Position numbers and translations under genes: made by a program
Shown: positions 48,288 through 59,058 of the stretch, piece after piece
Layout: each line of letters begins with the position of its first letter
How positions within the stretch are numbered: the first letter of the stretch is position 1
Origin: Alphaproteobacteria bacterium
GTDB lineage: Bacteria > Pseudomonadota > Alphaproteobacteria > VGEJ01
Assembly (NCBI GenBank): GCA_965219135.1
Contig: CBDCMV010000003.1
Span: 640,616-704,615 of the forward strand
Length of the DNA: 64,000 nucleotides
Direction: 5' to 3'
Notes under the pieces: model-generated
What the model was told of the DNA's origin: nothing
The model's database searches: none
Seen by the model: only the letters and a program-made list of their open reading frames with translations

Positions 48288-49445
48288 ATGGGGCATCGAT
48301 CCGGAAATCGAGCCGCAAGCGCTGACCGCGCTCGCGGCGCCGTCGGCGAGCGGGTGGCGAAGGGATCAGAACAGCGTGGCGACCGACACCCGCGGCCGAC
48401 CTGGCGCGCGGCGTGCGCATTCGGCGCGCTGGCAGCGCTGGCGAGGGTGGGCGTGGTTGGAATCCTCGCGAGCGAGGCGGAATCGGTCTCCGCAAGCGGC
48501 GGCACCCTAAGCCTCTATTCCTCGCGCCAGGAGTTTCTCATTGCCCCGCTGCTCGAGCGCTACGAGGAAGTGAGCGGCGTCGCCGTCGAAGCGGTCTTCA
48601 TCAAGAAGGGGATTCTGGAACGGCTCAAAGCCGAAGGCCGCAATAGCCCCGCGGATGTGGTCCTTACGACCGACGTCGCGAGCCTGGAGGCGATGGCGCA
48701 AGCCGGGGTGCTGCAACCCGTCGTTTCGGCGGCGATCGAGGCCAACGTGCCGGCCCGGTTTCGCAGCGTTGAGGACTTGTGGTTCGGCCTGACCTCGCGG
48801 GCCCGCGCGATCTACTATTCCAAGGACCGGATCGATCCATCCGACATGTCGACGTACGAGGACCTTACCGACCCGCGTTGGCGGAGCCGCATCTGCATGC
48901 GCTCGGGACACCATGACTACAACCGCGCCTTGCTGGCCTCGATGATCGCCCACGTGGACGAAGCCGCGGCCGAGGCGTGGCTGCGCGGGCTCAAGGCGAA
49001 CCTCGCGCGCAAGCCGCAGGGAAACGAACGTGCCCAGATTAGGGCGATTGCTGAGGGGGTCTGCGATGTCGCGCTCGGCAACACCTATTACATGGGCAAG
49101 ATGAAGGATGATCCAGAGCAGCGCGCGTGGGCCGAGGCGGTGGGAATCTTTTTCCCCAACCAGGCCGACCGTGGCACCCACGTCAACATCTCCGGGGTGG
49201 CGGTGACCTCAAGTAGCGACGATCTCGACGCTGCCCGCGCCTTCGTCGAGTTTCTGAGCTCGGACGAGGCGCAGCGGCTGTACGCCGAGCGTAACTACGA
49301 GTATCCGGTCAAGGAGGGTGTAGCGCTTGCAACCGAGGTTGAGTCGTGGGGCCCGTTCGCGGCCGACGCGATTCCGCTGGGCGAGGTCGCGCGGTACCAG
49401 GCCGCGGCGACTCGCATCGTCGACCGCGTGGGCTTCGACGAGTAG
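48288..49445 (+). CDS. fbpA: Fe(3+) ABC transporter substrate-binding protein
   Basis: Signal-peptide-like AACAFGALAALARVG region, then FbpA/AfuA-type SBP. Start is uncertain (candidates 48264 TTG, 48288 ATG, 48357 GTG). Confidence 0.8.
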   Translation: MGHRSGNRAASADRARGAVGERVAKGSEQRGDRHPRPTWRAACAFGALAALARVGVVGILASEAESVSASGGTLSLYSSRQEFLIAPLLERYEEVSGVAVEAVFIKKGILERLKAEGRNSPADVVLTTDVASLEAMAQAGVLQPVVSAAIEANVPARFRSVEDLWFGLTSRARAIYYSKDRIDPSDMSTYEDLTDPRWRSRICMRSGHHDYNRALLASMIAHVDEAAAEAWLRGLKANLARKPQGNERAQIRAIAEGVCDVALGNTYYMGKMKDDPEQRAWAEAVGIFFPNQADRGTHVNISGVAVTSSSDDLDAARAFVEFLSSDEAQRLYAERNYEYPVKEGVALATEVESWGPFAADAIPLGEVARYQAAATRIVDRVGFDE

Positions 49446-49471
49446 ACCGAGCCTGTTGGGGTTGATGCGCC

Positions 49472-51175
49472 TTGAGCGTTCTCGACGCTAGTCTAGGCGG
49501 CATACGCAGCCGGACGCGCGCGCTACGCCATGGCTGGCTGGACCGCTGGCATGTCGTCGCCATGGTGGTCGCGTTGGTCGTCGCGGCGCCCGTCGTCGGC
49601 GTCGTCGCGCTGGCCCTGAACCCGACTGAAGACATCTGGGCCCACCTCGCGGCGACCGTGCTGCCAAGGTACGTCGAGAACACCTTTTGGCTGATGCTGG
49701 GGGTCGGCACCGCCAGCGTGGTGGGTGGCGTCGGAACGGCCTGGCTGGTGGCGCTATGCCGGTTTCCCGGCCGCCTGGTGTTCGAATGGGCGCTCTTGTT
49801 GCCGTTAGCGGTCCCGGCTTATGTGGTCGCTTACGTCTACACCGATTTGTTGGATTTCGCCGGGCCGGTGCAAAGCGGCCTTCGGGCACTGATGGGTTGG
49901 GATTCGGCGGGTGAGTACGTCTTCCCCGAGATCCGTAGTCTCGGCGGCGCCATCGCCATGCTCAGCCTGGTGCTCTACCCCTATATCTATCTGTTGGCGC
50001 GGGCCGCCTTTCAGGAGCAGTCGAGCTGCGTGCTCGAGGTCAGCCGCACCCTGGGCCGCGGGCCGTGGCGAAGTTTCTTCACGGTGGCGCTGCCGCTGGC
50101 GCGGCCGGCCATCGTCGCCGGCCTGGTGCTGGTTCTGCTGGAGACCCTGAATGATTTCGGTACGGTCGATTTCTTCGCCGTCAACACGTTCAGCCGCGGC
50201 ATTTTCAATGTGTGGCTGGGGATGAACAACGTCGCGGGCGCGGCGCAGATCGCCTCGGTCCTGCTCGTCGTGGTCATCGCGCTGATCACGCTCGAACGTC
50301 TGTCGCGCCGTCGCCAGCGCTACCATCACACCTCGACCAAATATCGTGCTTTGCCGCGCTACCATCTTCGCCCAGGCGCTGCGGCCGTGGCGTTCGTCTT
50401 CTGCGCGGCGCCGGTATTCCTTGGCTTCGTTGTGCCCGGCGCGGTGCTGCTGGGCCACGCTGCCCGACACTATGCCGAGGCCATGGAGGACGCATTCGCC
50501 GTCTACGTCGCCAACAGCCTGGCCCTGTCCGGTCTGGCCGCCGCGGTGGCGGTCGGCCTGTCGCTGTTCATGGCCTATGCGCTGCGCATCGGCGGCGGGC
50601 CGGTGCTGCGCGGCGCGGTGCGCCTGGCGAGCCTGGGCTACGCGGTTCCGGGCGCGGTGTTGGCGGTCGGGGTGATGGTGCCGTTCGGCTGGTTGGACAA
50701 TGCGATCGATGCCTGGTCCCGCGACAATCTGGGCGTTTCGACCGGGCTGGTTCTGAGCGGGACGATGTTCGCGGTGCTGTTCGCCTACGTGGTGCGCTTC
50801 CTGGCGGTGTCCTTTGGCGCCGTCGAGGCGAGTCTGGCGAAGGTCACCCCGCACATGGATCAGGCCGCGCGTTCGCTGGGCGCTGGCCCAGCGGCGACGC
50901 TGCGCCGGGTCCATTTGCCGTTGATCCGCGGCAGCATGCTGACGGCGGCGCTGCTGGTGTTCGTCGACGCCATGAAAGAGCTGCCGATGACCCTGATGCT
51001 GCGGCCCTTCGGCTTTCAGAGCCTGGCGACCTACGTCTACCAGTACGCCGGAGACGAGCAGATCGAACGCGCGGCGCTGGCGGCGCTGGCTATCGTCGGC
51101 GCCGGCATCCTGCCCGTGATCGCGCTCAACCTGGCAATCGCGCGCGCCCGGCCGGGTCAAATGGGGGTCGCGTGA
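49472..51175 (+). CDS. fbpB: iron(III) ABC transporter permease (two fused permease domains)
   Basis: 567 aa, duplicated six-transmembrane permease domains. Confidence 0.85.
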   Translation: MSVLDASLGGIRSRTRALRHGWLDRWHVVAMVVALVVAAPVVGVVALALNPTEDIWAHLAATVLPRYVENTFWLMLGVGTASVVGGVGTAWLVALCRFPGRLVFEWALLLPLAVPAYVVAYVYTDLLDFAGPVQSGLRALMGWDSAGEYVFPEIRSLGGAIAMLSLVLYPYIYLLARAAFQEQSSCVLEVSRTLGRGPWRSFFTVALPLARPAIVAGLVLVLLETLNDFGTVDFFAVNTFSRGIFNVWLGMNNVAGAAQIASVLLVVVIALITLERLSRRRQRYHHTSTKYRALPRYHLRPGAAAVAFVFCAAPVFLGFVVPGAVLLGHAARHYAEAMEDAFAVYVANSLALSGLAAAVAVGLSLFMAYALRIGGGPVLRGAVRLASLGYAVPGAVLAVGVMVPFGWLDNAIDAWSRDNLGVSTGLVLSGTMFAVLFAYVVRFLAVSFGAVEASLAKVTPHMDQAARSLGAGPAATLRRVHLPLIRGSMLTAALLVFVDAMKELPMTLMLRPFGFQSLATYVYQYAGDEQIERAALAALAIVGAGILPVIALNLAIARARPGQMGVA

Positions 51176-52242
51176 GCGACGCGGCCGGACTCTCGCTCGA
51201 GGGCGTGAGCCACGCCTATGGCCGCACACTGGTCGTCGATGGCGTGGATCTCGCTGTGGGCCGCGGCGAGATCGTGTGCCTTCTGGGGCCTTCGGGATGC
51301 GGCAAGTCCACGGTGTTGCGCATCGCCGCCGGGCTAGAGCCCTTGCAATCGGGGAGGGTCTTGATCGGTGGCCGGGTGATGGCCGACGACCAAACCGCGG
51401 TACCCCCCGAACGGCGCGGCGTGGGCCTGGTATTTCAGGACTTCGCGCTCTTTCCTCACCTGAGCGTGCTCGACAACGTCGCCTTCGGGGTAGCGGCGCG
51501 CTCGGCCGAGCGCCGCTACACCAATGCCCGCGAGGCCCTAGATAAAGTGGCGCTCGCCGATCTCGCACACGCCTACCCTCACACCCTCTCGGGCGGCGAA
51601 CAGCAGCGGGTCGCGCTGGCCCGCGCGATGGCCCCAAGGCCCGGCGTCATGCTGCTGGACGAACCGTTCTCCGACCTCGACGTTCGTTTGCGTGACGCAG
51701 TGCGCGAGCACACGCTCGCCGTCCTCAAGGTAGCGGGCACACCGACCCTGCTGGTCACCCACGATCCCGAAGAGGCCATGCGCATGGCCGACACCATTGC
51801 GCTGATGCGCGCGGGCCGGATCATCCAGACCGGGACGCCGGCCCAGGTCTACGCCCAGCCAAGCGATTCGTTCGCAGCTAAGTTCTTAAGCGATACCAAC
51901 ACGTTGGAGGGTGTTGTTAAGGACCGGTCTGTGGCTACCCCGCTGGGCCCCATGGCCGTAGACGGGATCGGCGAGGGGACACTGGTCGAAGTGCTGGTGC
52001 GGCCGGAGGCGCTGACGATCGATGCGACGGCTGGCGGAACCATGGCGACCGTGAAGAACGCACGCGTTTTGGGGCCCTACAGCCTGGTCGAAATCGCTTG
52101 CGAGGGGACCGGTAAGCCGCTGGTAGTGCGGCTGACCGGCACGGCCGCGCCTTCGCCCGGATCGACCGTCTCGGTGCGTCTCGACCCAAGCCAAGTCCTC
52201 GTGTTTCCGCGGGAACCGCGAGCCGAGCCCGGGGTATCGTGA
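51172..52242 (+). CDS. fbpC: iron(III) ABC transporter ATP-binding protein
   Basis: GTGA overlap with fbpB. Walker [25 protein letters not shown]-terminal TOBE domain. Confidence 0.85.
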   Translation: MSDAAGLSLEGVSHAYGRTLVVDGVDLAVGRGEIVCLLGPSGCGKSTVLRIAAGLEPLQSGRVLIGGRVMADDQTAVPPERRGVGLVFQDFALFPHLSVLDNVAFGVAARSAERRYTNAREALDKVALADLAHAYPHTLSGGEQQRVALARAMAPRPGVMLLDEPFSDLDVRLRDAVREHTLAVLKVAGTPTLLVTHDPEEAMRMADTIALMRAGRIIQTGTPAQVYAQPSDSFAAKFLSDTNTLEGVVKDRSVATPLGPMAVDGIGEGTLVEVLVRPEALTIDATAGGTMATVKNARVLGPYSLVEIACEGTGKPLVVRLTGTAAPSPGSTVSVRLDPSQVLVFPREPRAEPGVS

Positions 52243-52270
52243 TCCGGGCGACATGTGATCCGGGCGACAT
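52239..52270 (+). repeat. perfect tandem duplication of 16 bp (GTGATCCGGGCGACAT x2) overlapping the fbpC stop codon
   Basis: Read directly as ...ATCGTGATCCGGGCGACATGTGATCCGGGCGACATTGCG. Confidence 0.9.
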
Positions 52271-52345
52271 TGCGCGGCCCCTGAGATTCTGCCATGATGG
52301 CAAGGTTTTTCGGGCGTTTCGCCCACTGTTTGGGAGTTCTACTCC

Positions 52346-52598
52346 GATGATGCCAAGTTTCTGGCAAATCCTGCTGGTCCTTGCATTGGTCGTGCTTCTG
52401 TTCGGGCGAGGAAAGATCAAATCCCTGATGGAAGACGTGGCCCAAGGGATAAAGGGCTTCAAGCGGGGTATGAAGGAAGACGAATCCGTCGCCCAGGCCT
52501 CGGCCAAGACGATCGAGGCGGAAGGTCCCGTTGCCGCCGACGATGCGGCGCCGACCGCAGACGCGGCGGCGCGCAAAGACAGCGCCACGCACGGCTAG
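52346..52598 (+). CDS. tatA: twin-arginine translocase subunit TatA
   Basis: [20 protein letters not shown]...GIKGFKRGM TatA/E motif. Start coordinate +/-3. Confidence 0.85.
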
Positions 52599-52649
52599 TT
52601 CGCCCGCCCGAGGGGCGCGCGATGGCTGAGCGGCGGGAGGCGGTACGCG

Positions 52650-53063
52650 ATGCTCGACATCGGTTGGTCCGAAATGCTGGTGATCGTGGTGGTGGCGATC
52701 ATCGTCATCGGGCCACGGGACTTGCCCGGTGTCCTTCGGACCGTCGGCCGCTGGATCGGCAAAGTGCGCTCGCTGTCGCGGGAGTTCCAGCGCAACCTTA
52801 ACGACATCGCCCGCGAAACCGAGATCGACGAGGTCCAGCGGACCATCCGCGAGACCACGAACCTCGGTTCGGTTGGCGGCAAGCCAGGCCCTATCACGAG
52901 CAGCACCACGGCCGCGACATCGGACCTGGAGGCAGGAGCGGCGCCAGCCCCATCAACGGCGCCCGAGGGCGAGGAAGCGAAACCCACCGAAAGCGCCCGC
53001 GCGGCGGCGGGTTCGAAAACCTCGGAAGCGCCGATACCACCCGCGGCCGGCACCGAGGGCTAA
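52650..53063 (+). CDS. tatB: twin-arginine translocase subunit TatB
   Basis: MLDIGWSEMLVIVVVAIIVIGPRDLP TatB N-terminus. Follows tatA. Confidence 0.85.
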   Translation: MLDIGWSEMLVIVVVAIIVIGPRDLPGVLRTVGRWIGKVRSLSREFQRNLNDIARETEIDEVQRTIRETTNLGSVGGKPGPITSSTTAATSDLEAGAAPAPSTAPEGEEAKPTESARAAAGSKTSEAPIPPAAGTEG

Positions 53064-53078
53064 CGGGACCGGCGCCAG

Positions 53079-53879
53079 GTGCCCGACGACAAGGAAATCG
53101 ACCAGAAGAGAATGCCCCTGCTCGATCACTTGATCGAGCTCCGGCGGCGTTTGATGTACACGGCGGTGGCATTCGCCGTCGCCTTCGTCGGCTGCTACCT
53201 GGTGGCCGAGCCGATCTACGACTTCCTGGTCCAGCCGCTGGCAGCGATCTATGAGGGCACTGAGAACCGTCAGCTCATCTACACCGCGCTGCACGAGGCC
53301 TTCTTCACCTTCCTCAAGGTCGCCTTCTTCGGCGCCCTGTTCCTTACCTTCCCCATCATCGCCGGCCAAGTCTGGATGTTCACCGCGCCGGGGCTCTACC
53401 GCAACGAGCGCCGCGCCTTCCTGCCATTCCTGCTGGTGACCCCGTTCCTGTTCACGGCGGGCGCAGCGCTCGCCTACTACGTGGTGTTCCCCTTGGCGTG
53501 GTCATTCTTCCTCGGTTTCGAGCGCCCCGGCGGCGACGAGGAATTGGCTATTGTCAGCCTGCCCAAAGTGAGCGAATACCTGGGACTGGTGATGCGCCTG
53601 ATCTTTGCCTTCGGGATCAGCTTCCAGCTACCCGTCGTCATCACGCTAATGGCGCGCGCCGGGCTGGCCACCGCCAAGGGTCTGGCGGCCAAGCGCAAGT
53701 ACGCGATCGTCATCACCTTCCTGGTGGCGGCGGTGCTGACGCCGCCTGACTTCATCAGCCAGATCCTGCTCGGAATCCCGATTCTCGCGCTCTACGAGAT
53801 CTCGATCGTCGCCGCCAAGATCGTCGAGCGAAAGCGGAACGAGCGCGAAGCGGCGGAGCGGGCCGCAGAGACCAGTTAG
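53079..53879 (+). CDS. tatC: twin-arginine translocase subunit TatC
   Basis: MPLLDHLIELRRRL... six-transmembrane TatC. Confidence 0.9.
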   Translation: MPDDKEIDQKRMPLLDHLIELRRRLMYTAVAFAVAFVGCYLVAEPIYDFLVQPLAAIYEGTENRQLIYTALHEAFFTFLKVAFFGALFLTFPIIAGQVWMFTAPGLYRNERRAFLPFLLVTPFLFTAGAALAYYVVFPLAWSFFLGFERPGGDEELAIVSLPKVSEYLGLVMRLIFAFGISFQLPVVITLMARAGLATAKGLAAKRKYAIVITFLVAAVLTPPDFISQILLGIPILALYEISIVAAKIVERKRNEREAAERAAETS

Positions 53880-53963
53880 GCGGGGTCCCGCCCGGCGTCG
53901 GTGGACGGCGCGGCGCGGGCGGCGTATATAACCGGCGGCAGCGAGCGGCCGGTTCAGCTCATC

Positions 53964-55253
53964 ATGTTCGACATCAAGTGGATTCGCGATCACCCTGAGG
54001 CGCTTGACGAGGGGTTGCGGCGGCGTGGCCTGGGTCCAGAGGCGGCCGAGTTTTTGCAGCTCGACGCGGACCGTCGCGCCTGCCAGACCGCGCTTCAGGA
54101 GATTCAAACCGAGCGCAACACCACGTCAAAGGCGATCGGCGCCGCCAAGGGGCGGGGAGAGGACGCCGATGCACTGGTGGCTGAGGTCGCGACCTTGCGC
54201 CAGCGGATGCGCGATGCCGAAGAGGCCGAGCGCGCTGCGGCGCAAGCCCTCGATGCGCGAATGGCGGGTATCGCGAACCTGCCTGCCGCCGATGTCCCGG
54301 AGGGTGCTGACGAAACCGCGAACCTCGAAGTGCGGCGCTGGGGCCCGGCGCCAGCCTTCGACTTTGACGCGCGCCAGCACTTCGAGATCGGCGAAGAGCT
54401 GGGCCTCATGGATTTCGAGGTTGCCGCCAAGATGTCGGGCGCCCGATTCGTGGTGTTGCGCGGCGAGCTGGCGCGGCTGGAGCGCGCCCTGGCCGCCTTC
54501 ATGCTCGATTTGCACACCACCGAGTTCGGCTACACCGAAGCATCCCCGCCGCTTCTGGTCCGCGAAGCCGCCGTATTCGGGACCGGCCAGCTACCCAAGT
54601 TCGCCGATGACCTCTTCTGTACCGCGGAAGGACATTGGCTGGTCCCCACCGCCGAGGTCCCGCTTACCAACCTGGCACGGGAATCCGTTGTCGACGCGAA
54701 GGAGCTGCCGAAACGGGTGACCGCGTACACCCCATGCTTTCGTGCCGAGGCCGGGGCGGCGGGCAAGGACACGCGCGGCATGATCCGCCAGCATCAGTTT
54801 TCCAAGGTCGAGCTCGTCTCGATCGCGCACCCCGACCACTCCGATGAGGAGCTCGAGCGGATGACGTCGGTGGCCGAGGAGGTGCTAAAGCGGCTCGGCC
54901 TACATTACCGGGTCGTCTTGTTGAGTGCCGGCGACATGGGCTTTTCGGCGCGCAAGACCTATGACCTCGAGGTGTGGCTGCCGGGACAGGAAGCCTTTCG
55001 CGAGATATCGAGCTGCTCGAACTGTGGCGATTTTCAGGCCCGCCGCATGAACGCTCGGTTCCGCGAGGCCGACGGCGCGGGCAAGAAGACCGATTTCGTG
55101 CACACCCTCAACGGCTCGGCCCTTGCGGTCGGTCGGACCCTCGTCGCCGTGATCGAAAACTACCAGCGCGACGACGGTTCGATCGAGGTGCCGGAGGCGC
55201 TGCGCCCCTACCTCGGCGGCCTGGAGGCGATCGAGTGCCGGGAGCATGCGTGA
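53964..55253 (+). CDS. serS: seryl-tRNA synthetase
   Basis: [13 protein letters not shown]-terminus, coiled-coil arm, class II motifs ([19 protein letters not shown]). Confidence 0.9.
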   Translation: MFDIKWIRDHPEALDEGLRRRGLGPEAAEFLQLDADRRACQTALQEIQTERNTTSKAIGAAKGRGEDADALVAEVATLRQRMRDAEEAERAAAQALDARMAGIANLPAADVPEGADETANLEVRRWGPAPAFDFDARQHFEIGEELGLMDFEVAAKMSGARFVVLRGELARLERALAAFMLDLHTTEFGYTEASPPLLVREAAVFGTGQLPKFADDLFCTAEGHWLVPTAEVPLTNLARESVVDAKELPKRVTAYTPCFRAEAGAAGKDTRGMIRQHQFSKVELVSIAHPDHSDEELERMTSVAEEVLKRLGLHYRVVLLSAGDMGFSARKTYDLEVWLPGQEAFREISSCSNCGDFQARRMNARFREADGAGKKTDFVHTLNGSALAVGRTLVAVIENYQRDDGSIEVPEALRPYLGGLEAIECREHA

Positions 55254-56020
55254 AAAAGGGTTTGCGAATCCTTTTGTCCAACGACGACGGCATCCGCTCG
55301 CCCGGCCTCAAGTCGTTGGAGCGGATCGCCCGCACGCTCAGCGGCGACGTCTGGATCGTCGCGCCGGAAACCGAGCAGTCCGGCGCCTCGCACTCGCTGA
55401 CGCTGCACGAGCCGCTACGCATCCGGCGGCTCTCACCGCGCCGCTTCGCCGTGCGCGGCACACCCACCGACTGCGTGATGCTCGCAATCCACCACATCAT
55501 CAAGGACCGCGGTCCCTCCCTGGTGCTCTCCGGCGTCAACCGCGGCGGCAACATCGGCGATGACGTGACCTATTCGGGCACCATCGCGGCGGCGATGGAA
55601 GGCGCCATCCTCGGCGTCCCCTCGGTGGCGCTGAGCCAGGTGGTCCAGGGCAACCGCCCGGTGAAATGGGCGACCGCCGAGCATCATGCCCCGGGGGTCC
55701 TGCGGCGCCTGCTGGCCGCCGGCTGGCCGCGGGAAGTGTTGATCAACGTCAATTTCCCCGACGTCGCCCAGGCGGCGGTGAAGGGGGTTAGCGTTGCGGT
55801 GCAAGGTCGCCGCGATGTCAGCGACCTCTTGATCGAGGACCGCCTCGATACCCGGGGCGTCCCTTATTACTGGCTCGGGTTCCGCCGCCACGAGGGACCG
55901 CCGCCGAAACGCAATACCGATATGGCGGCGATCGCCGAGGGGCGCATTTCGGTGACCCCGTTGAAGCTGGACCTTACCGATGCGCGGACGCGGCGCGAGC
56001 TTGGACGGGCGCTGTCGTGA
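55248..56020 (+). CDS. surE: 5'/3'-nucleotidase SurE
   Basis: [11 protein letters not shown]...[25 protein letters not shown] SurE motifs. GTG start overlapping the serS end. Confidence 0.85.
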
Positions 56021-56667
56021 CCGTCGAGGCGCGCAGAATCCGGCTGATCATGGAGCTGCGCCGCGAAGGCATCACTGACACCGACGTTCTTTCGGCGATC
56101 GAGCGGGTTCCGCGCGAGCGCTTCGTGCTGGCCGGGTTCGAAGACCAGGCCTACGCAAACACCGCGCTTCCGATCGATCAAGGCCAGACCATCAGCCAGC
56201 CCTACGTCGTGGCTTTCATGACTCAAGCCTTGAGCTTGGGTTCTCGGATGAAGGTGCTGGAGGTTGGCACCGGCTCGGGCTATCAGGCGGCCGTGCTGTC
56301 GAAGCTGTGCCGTCGGGTGTATACGGTCGAGCGCTATCCCTCGCTCTTGCGTGTGGCCGAAAAGCGCTTTCGCGAGCTTGGGCTGCACAACATCACCACC
56401 CGGCTGGGCGACGGTGCCAAGGGATGGCCCGCGCAGGCGCCGTTTCCGCGGATCATCGTCACCGCGGCCGCGGACGAGGTGCCGAGCGCGTTGGTCGACC
56501 AGCTCGACGTGGGCGGCGTCATGGTCATTCCGATCGAGGCGGGTTCATGGGGCCAGCAGGTGGTGCGGGTACGCAAGACCGAATCGGGCTACGATTCCGA
56601 CGAGATCTTGCCAGTGCGGTTCGTGCCGCTGGTCGAAGACGTGGCGAAAGAAGGTGGCACGGGATAG
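56017..56667 (+). CDS. pcm: protein-L-isoaspartate O-methyltransferase
   Basis: VLEVGTGSGYQAAVLS SAM motif, PIMT family. surE-pcm-nlpD order. Confidence 0.9.
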   Translation: MTVEARRIRLIMELRREGITDTDVLSAIERVPRERFVLAGFEDQAYANTALPIDQGQTISQPYVVAFMTQALSLGSRMKVLEVGTGSGYQAAVLSKLCRRVYTVERYPSLLRVAEKRFRELGLHNITTRLGDGAKGWPAQAPFPRIIVTAAADEVPSALVDQLDVGGVMVIPIEAGSWGQQVVRVRKTESGYDSDEILPVRFVPLVEDVAKEGGTG

Positions 56668-56680
56668 TCGGCGCGGGGCG

Positions 56681-57631
56681 ATGGCGGCGCTGGCCTTGGC
56701 GCTGGCGCTGAGCGCGTGCGCGCGCTCCGTTCCGGCGCCGGTGGAGTACAAGGGATCGGCGGTCACCGACGCCGCCGTCGCCGCGGCGCCTGCCCTGTCC
56801 AAGGACAACGCGCCGATTCCGCGGCCCAAACCTGAGCGTGGCGTCGATCTGGCCGGGCGGGCGGGCGGCGAGAGTGGCATCCGCGCCATCGTGGTGAGGG
56901 ACGGCGATACCCTTGACGAGCTCGCCGCCCGATACAGCGTTTCGGCCCGCGCAACCATCGCGCTCAACAACCTCGAACCGCCCTACGGGTTGGTCGCCGG
57001 GCAACGGCTGCGACTGCCGCCGAGTCGTAGTTACGTGGTGCGGGAAGGCGACACGATCTACGGCATCTCGCGCCGCTTCGGAATCGACATGGCCAGCCTG
57101 GTGCGCGCCAACGGCATCGAACCGCCCTATACCATCACCGTCGGCGAGCGCCTTCGCGTGCCGGGCAGGATCGTTGAACGAACCGCGGCGCCCGACCCGC
57201 GGGTCGTCGCGGGCGGCGACCCGAGCACTGAGGCTTCGCCCGCGCGCTTCGAATGGCCGCTGCGGGGCCGGGTGGTATCGACCTTTGGCTCCAAGCCCGG
57301 TGGCCTGCACAACGACGGCATCAACATAGCCGCCGCGCCTGGCACCCCGGTGCGCGCCGCCGACGGCGGGGTCGTTGCGTATGCCGGCAACGAGCTACGC
57401 GGCTTCGGCGAGCTGGTACTGATTCGCCACGCCGACGGCTGGGTGACGGCATACGGTCACAACGAGGGCCTATTGGTCGGCCGCGGCGACACCGTCGAGC
57501 GCGGGCAGATCATCGGCCGCGTGGGCACCACCGGCAGCGTCTCGGCGCCACAGCTGCACTTCGAGATCCGCAAGGGAATCGAGGCCGTCGATCCCCTGAA
57601 ATACCTGACGGACCTGAGCGCGTCCCTTTGA
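56681..57631 (+). CDS. nlpD: LysM/M23 peptidase lipoprotein (NlpD-like)
   Basis: Lipobox LALSAC, LysM repeats, C-terminal M23 domain (HNDGINIAA...GHNEGLLV...HFEIR). Confidence 0.85.
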   Translation: MAALALALALSACARSVPAPVEYKGSAVTDAAVAAAPALSKDNAPIPRPKPERGVDLAGRAGGESGIRAIVVRDGDTLDELAARYSVSARATIALNNLEPPYGLVAGQRLRLPPSRSYVVREGDTIYGISRRFGIDMASLVRANGIEPPYTITVGERLRVPGRIVERTAAPDPRVVAGGDPSTEASPARFEWPLRGRVVSTFGSKPGGLHNDGINIAAAPGTPVRAADGGVVAYAGNELRGFGELVLIRHADGWVTAYGHNEGLLVGRGDTVERGQIIGRVGTTGSVSAPQLHFEIRKGIEAVDPLKYLTDLSASL

Positions 57632-57643
57632 AATCGCGATTTC

Positions 57644-57700
57644 TGAGCGTTTTGTGATCAGCGCTCAAAAACATATTGACTATCGCTCAATATAGGTGCA
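57644..57700 (+). promoter_or_regulatory. AT-rich promoter region with TGAGCG-N12-CGCTCA palindrome, CGCTCAA direct repeat and TTGACT hexamer upstream of the caspase-like gene
   Basis: Read directly as TCTGAGCGTTTTGTGATCAGCGCTCAAAAACATATTGACTATCGCTCAATATAGG. Locally AT-rich in a 68% GC background. Confidence 0.35.
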
Positions 57701-59042
57701 CGTTATTGATCGACGATCATTTCTACAAGGCGTGGTGATGGCTGGACTCCATATTTTTCGGGAGCTGCATAAACCCGTCTCGGTAGGTGCGCTTCGCGCC
57801 ATCGCGCTGGCGACGGCTCTGTCCCTTGCGTTCGGGTCATTGGTGCTCGATTCACCTGCCATTGCCGAGGACAAAGACACCGTGGCCGTCATCATCGGTA
57901 ACAAAGGCTACGTCGCGCCGGTGCCCGACGTCGAGTTCGCGCACAACGACGCGCGCAATGAAGAGGTACGTGGTCGATCTGCTTGGCTACCGAGAGGGAA
58001 ACGTCATCGATCTACGCGATGCAACCAAGGGACAGAGCGAATCGGTCTTCGGCACCCGGGAGAACTATCGAGGAAGACTGTTCAACTGGGTGCGGCCTGG
58101 AAAATCTCACGTCGTGGTCTTCTATTCCGGCCACGGGGCGCCAGGGCAACAAGGCGAAGGCGCGTATCTGCTTCCGGTCGACGCCGACCCGAGCGTGGTG
58201 GAACTCACGGGCTATTCCCTCGACCTCTTGTACGAGAATCTATCGAGAATCGACGCCAAATCGATTACCGCGTTCGTGGACGCGTGTTTCTCAGGCGATT
58301 CGGCGGGCGGAACGCTGGTGGGCGCGGCAGCGGGATTGAGCGTGGCGCCAAATCTGCCCACTCCACCCGCAGCTTTGACCGTCCTGACCGCGGCCCGGCA
58401 CGATCAAATCGCGAGCTGGGATGAAACGGCGAGGCATGGGCTCTTTACCGAGCACCTGTTGACCGCGCTCTATGGCGCGGCGGACGCGGAGGGATACGGC
58501 AACGGAAACGGAAAGGTGTCCGTGGCCGAGGTCAGGCGTTACCTCGACGAGGAAATGACGTACCAGGCGCGGCGCCAGTTCGGCCGCGACCAGCAGGTCA
58601 CGGTGGTAGGGGATCAGGCTCGCACACTGGCGAGAGTGATCCCCGACCGCGCCCGGCGCCGGATCGAAGAATGGACCGGTAGCGGCGGTGGGGATGGACC
58701 GGACGACCTGCTCGACCAGGCGGCGACGATCGGTGGGTGGCCGGTTCGATGGCGTGGTCCGGGAGTGCGCACAAGAACCGTGGCACGAGCACCTGTCCCG
58801 GCACCATCCGGATGCGGCTGGTCGTATTGGGAAATCAAGTCAGCGGCGGGGCGAGGTCCCAAGGATACGGATCGGTGGTCAGCGGACGCATCGACGCGGA
58901 CGGGGCGATCGAGGGTCGTGCAACCAGCTGGGGTGGGATGTTCAAACTTGTCGGGGTCTTCGCCGACGGCGAGATGACCGGAGAGGTGGTTCATCCCGAC
59001 GATTGCCGGTACCCCTTCGCGCTGACCAGGACTGCCAGGTAG
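57696..59042 (+). pseudogene. Tat-secreted caspase-like (peptidase C14) protein, reading frame broken at least twice
   Basis: DRRSFLQG Tat motif. Caspase His/Cys dyad (FYSGHGAPG ... VDACFSG). N-terminal 90 aa, central domain (ORF 57787..58977) and C-terminal beta-rich domain (ORF 58737..59042) are each in a different frame. First shift at the GCGCGC repeat ~57946..57953. Confidence 0.55.
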
Positions 59043-59058
59043 CGACCGCCGGCGGTGA

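Noticed and set aside
52306-52324. TTTTT-GGGCG-TTT-CGCCC hairpin upstream of tatA as an independent terminator
   Set aside because: Stem is only 5 bp and the T-run precedes rather than follows it. Mentioned under the tandem-repeat finding but too weak to annotate as a terminator.
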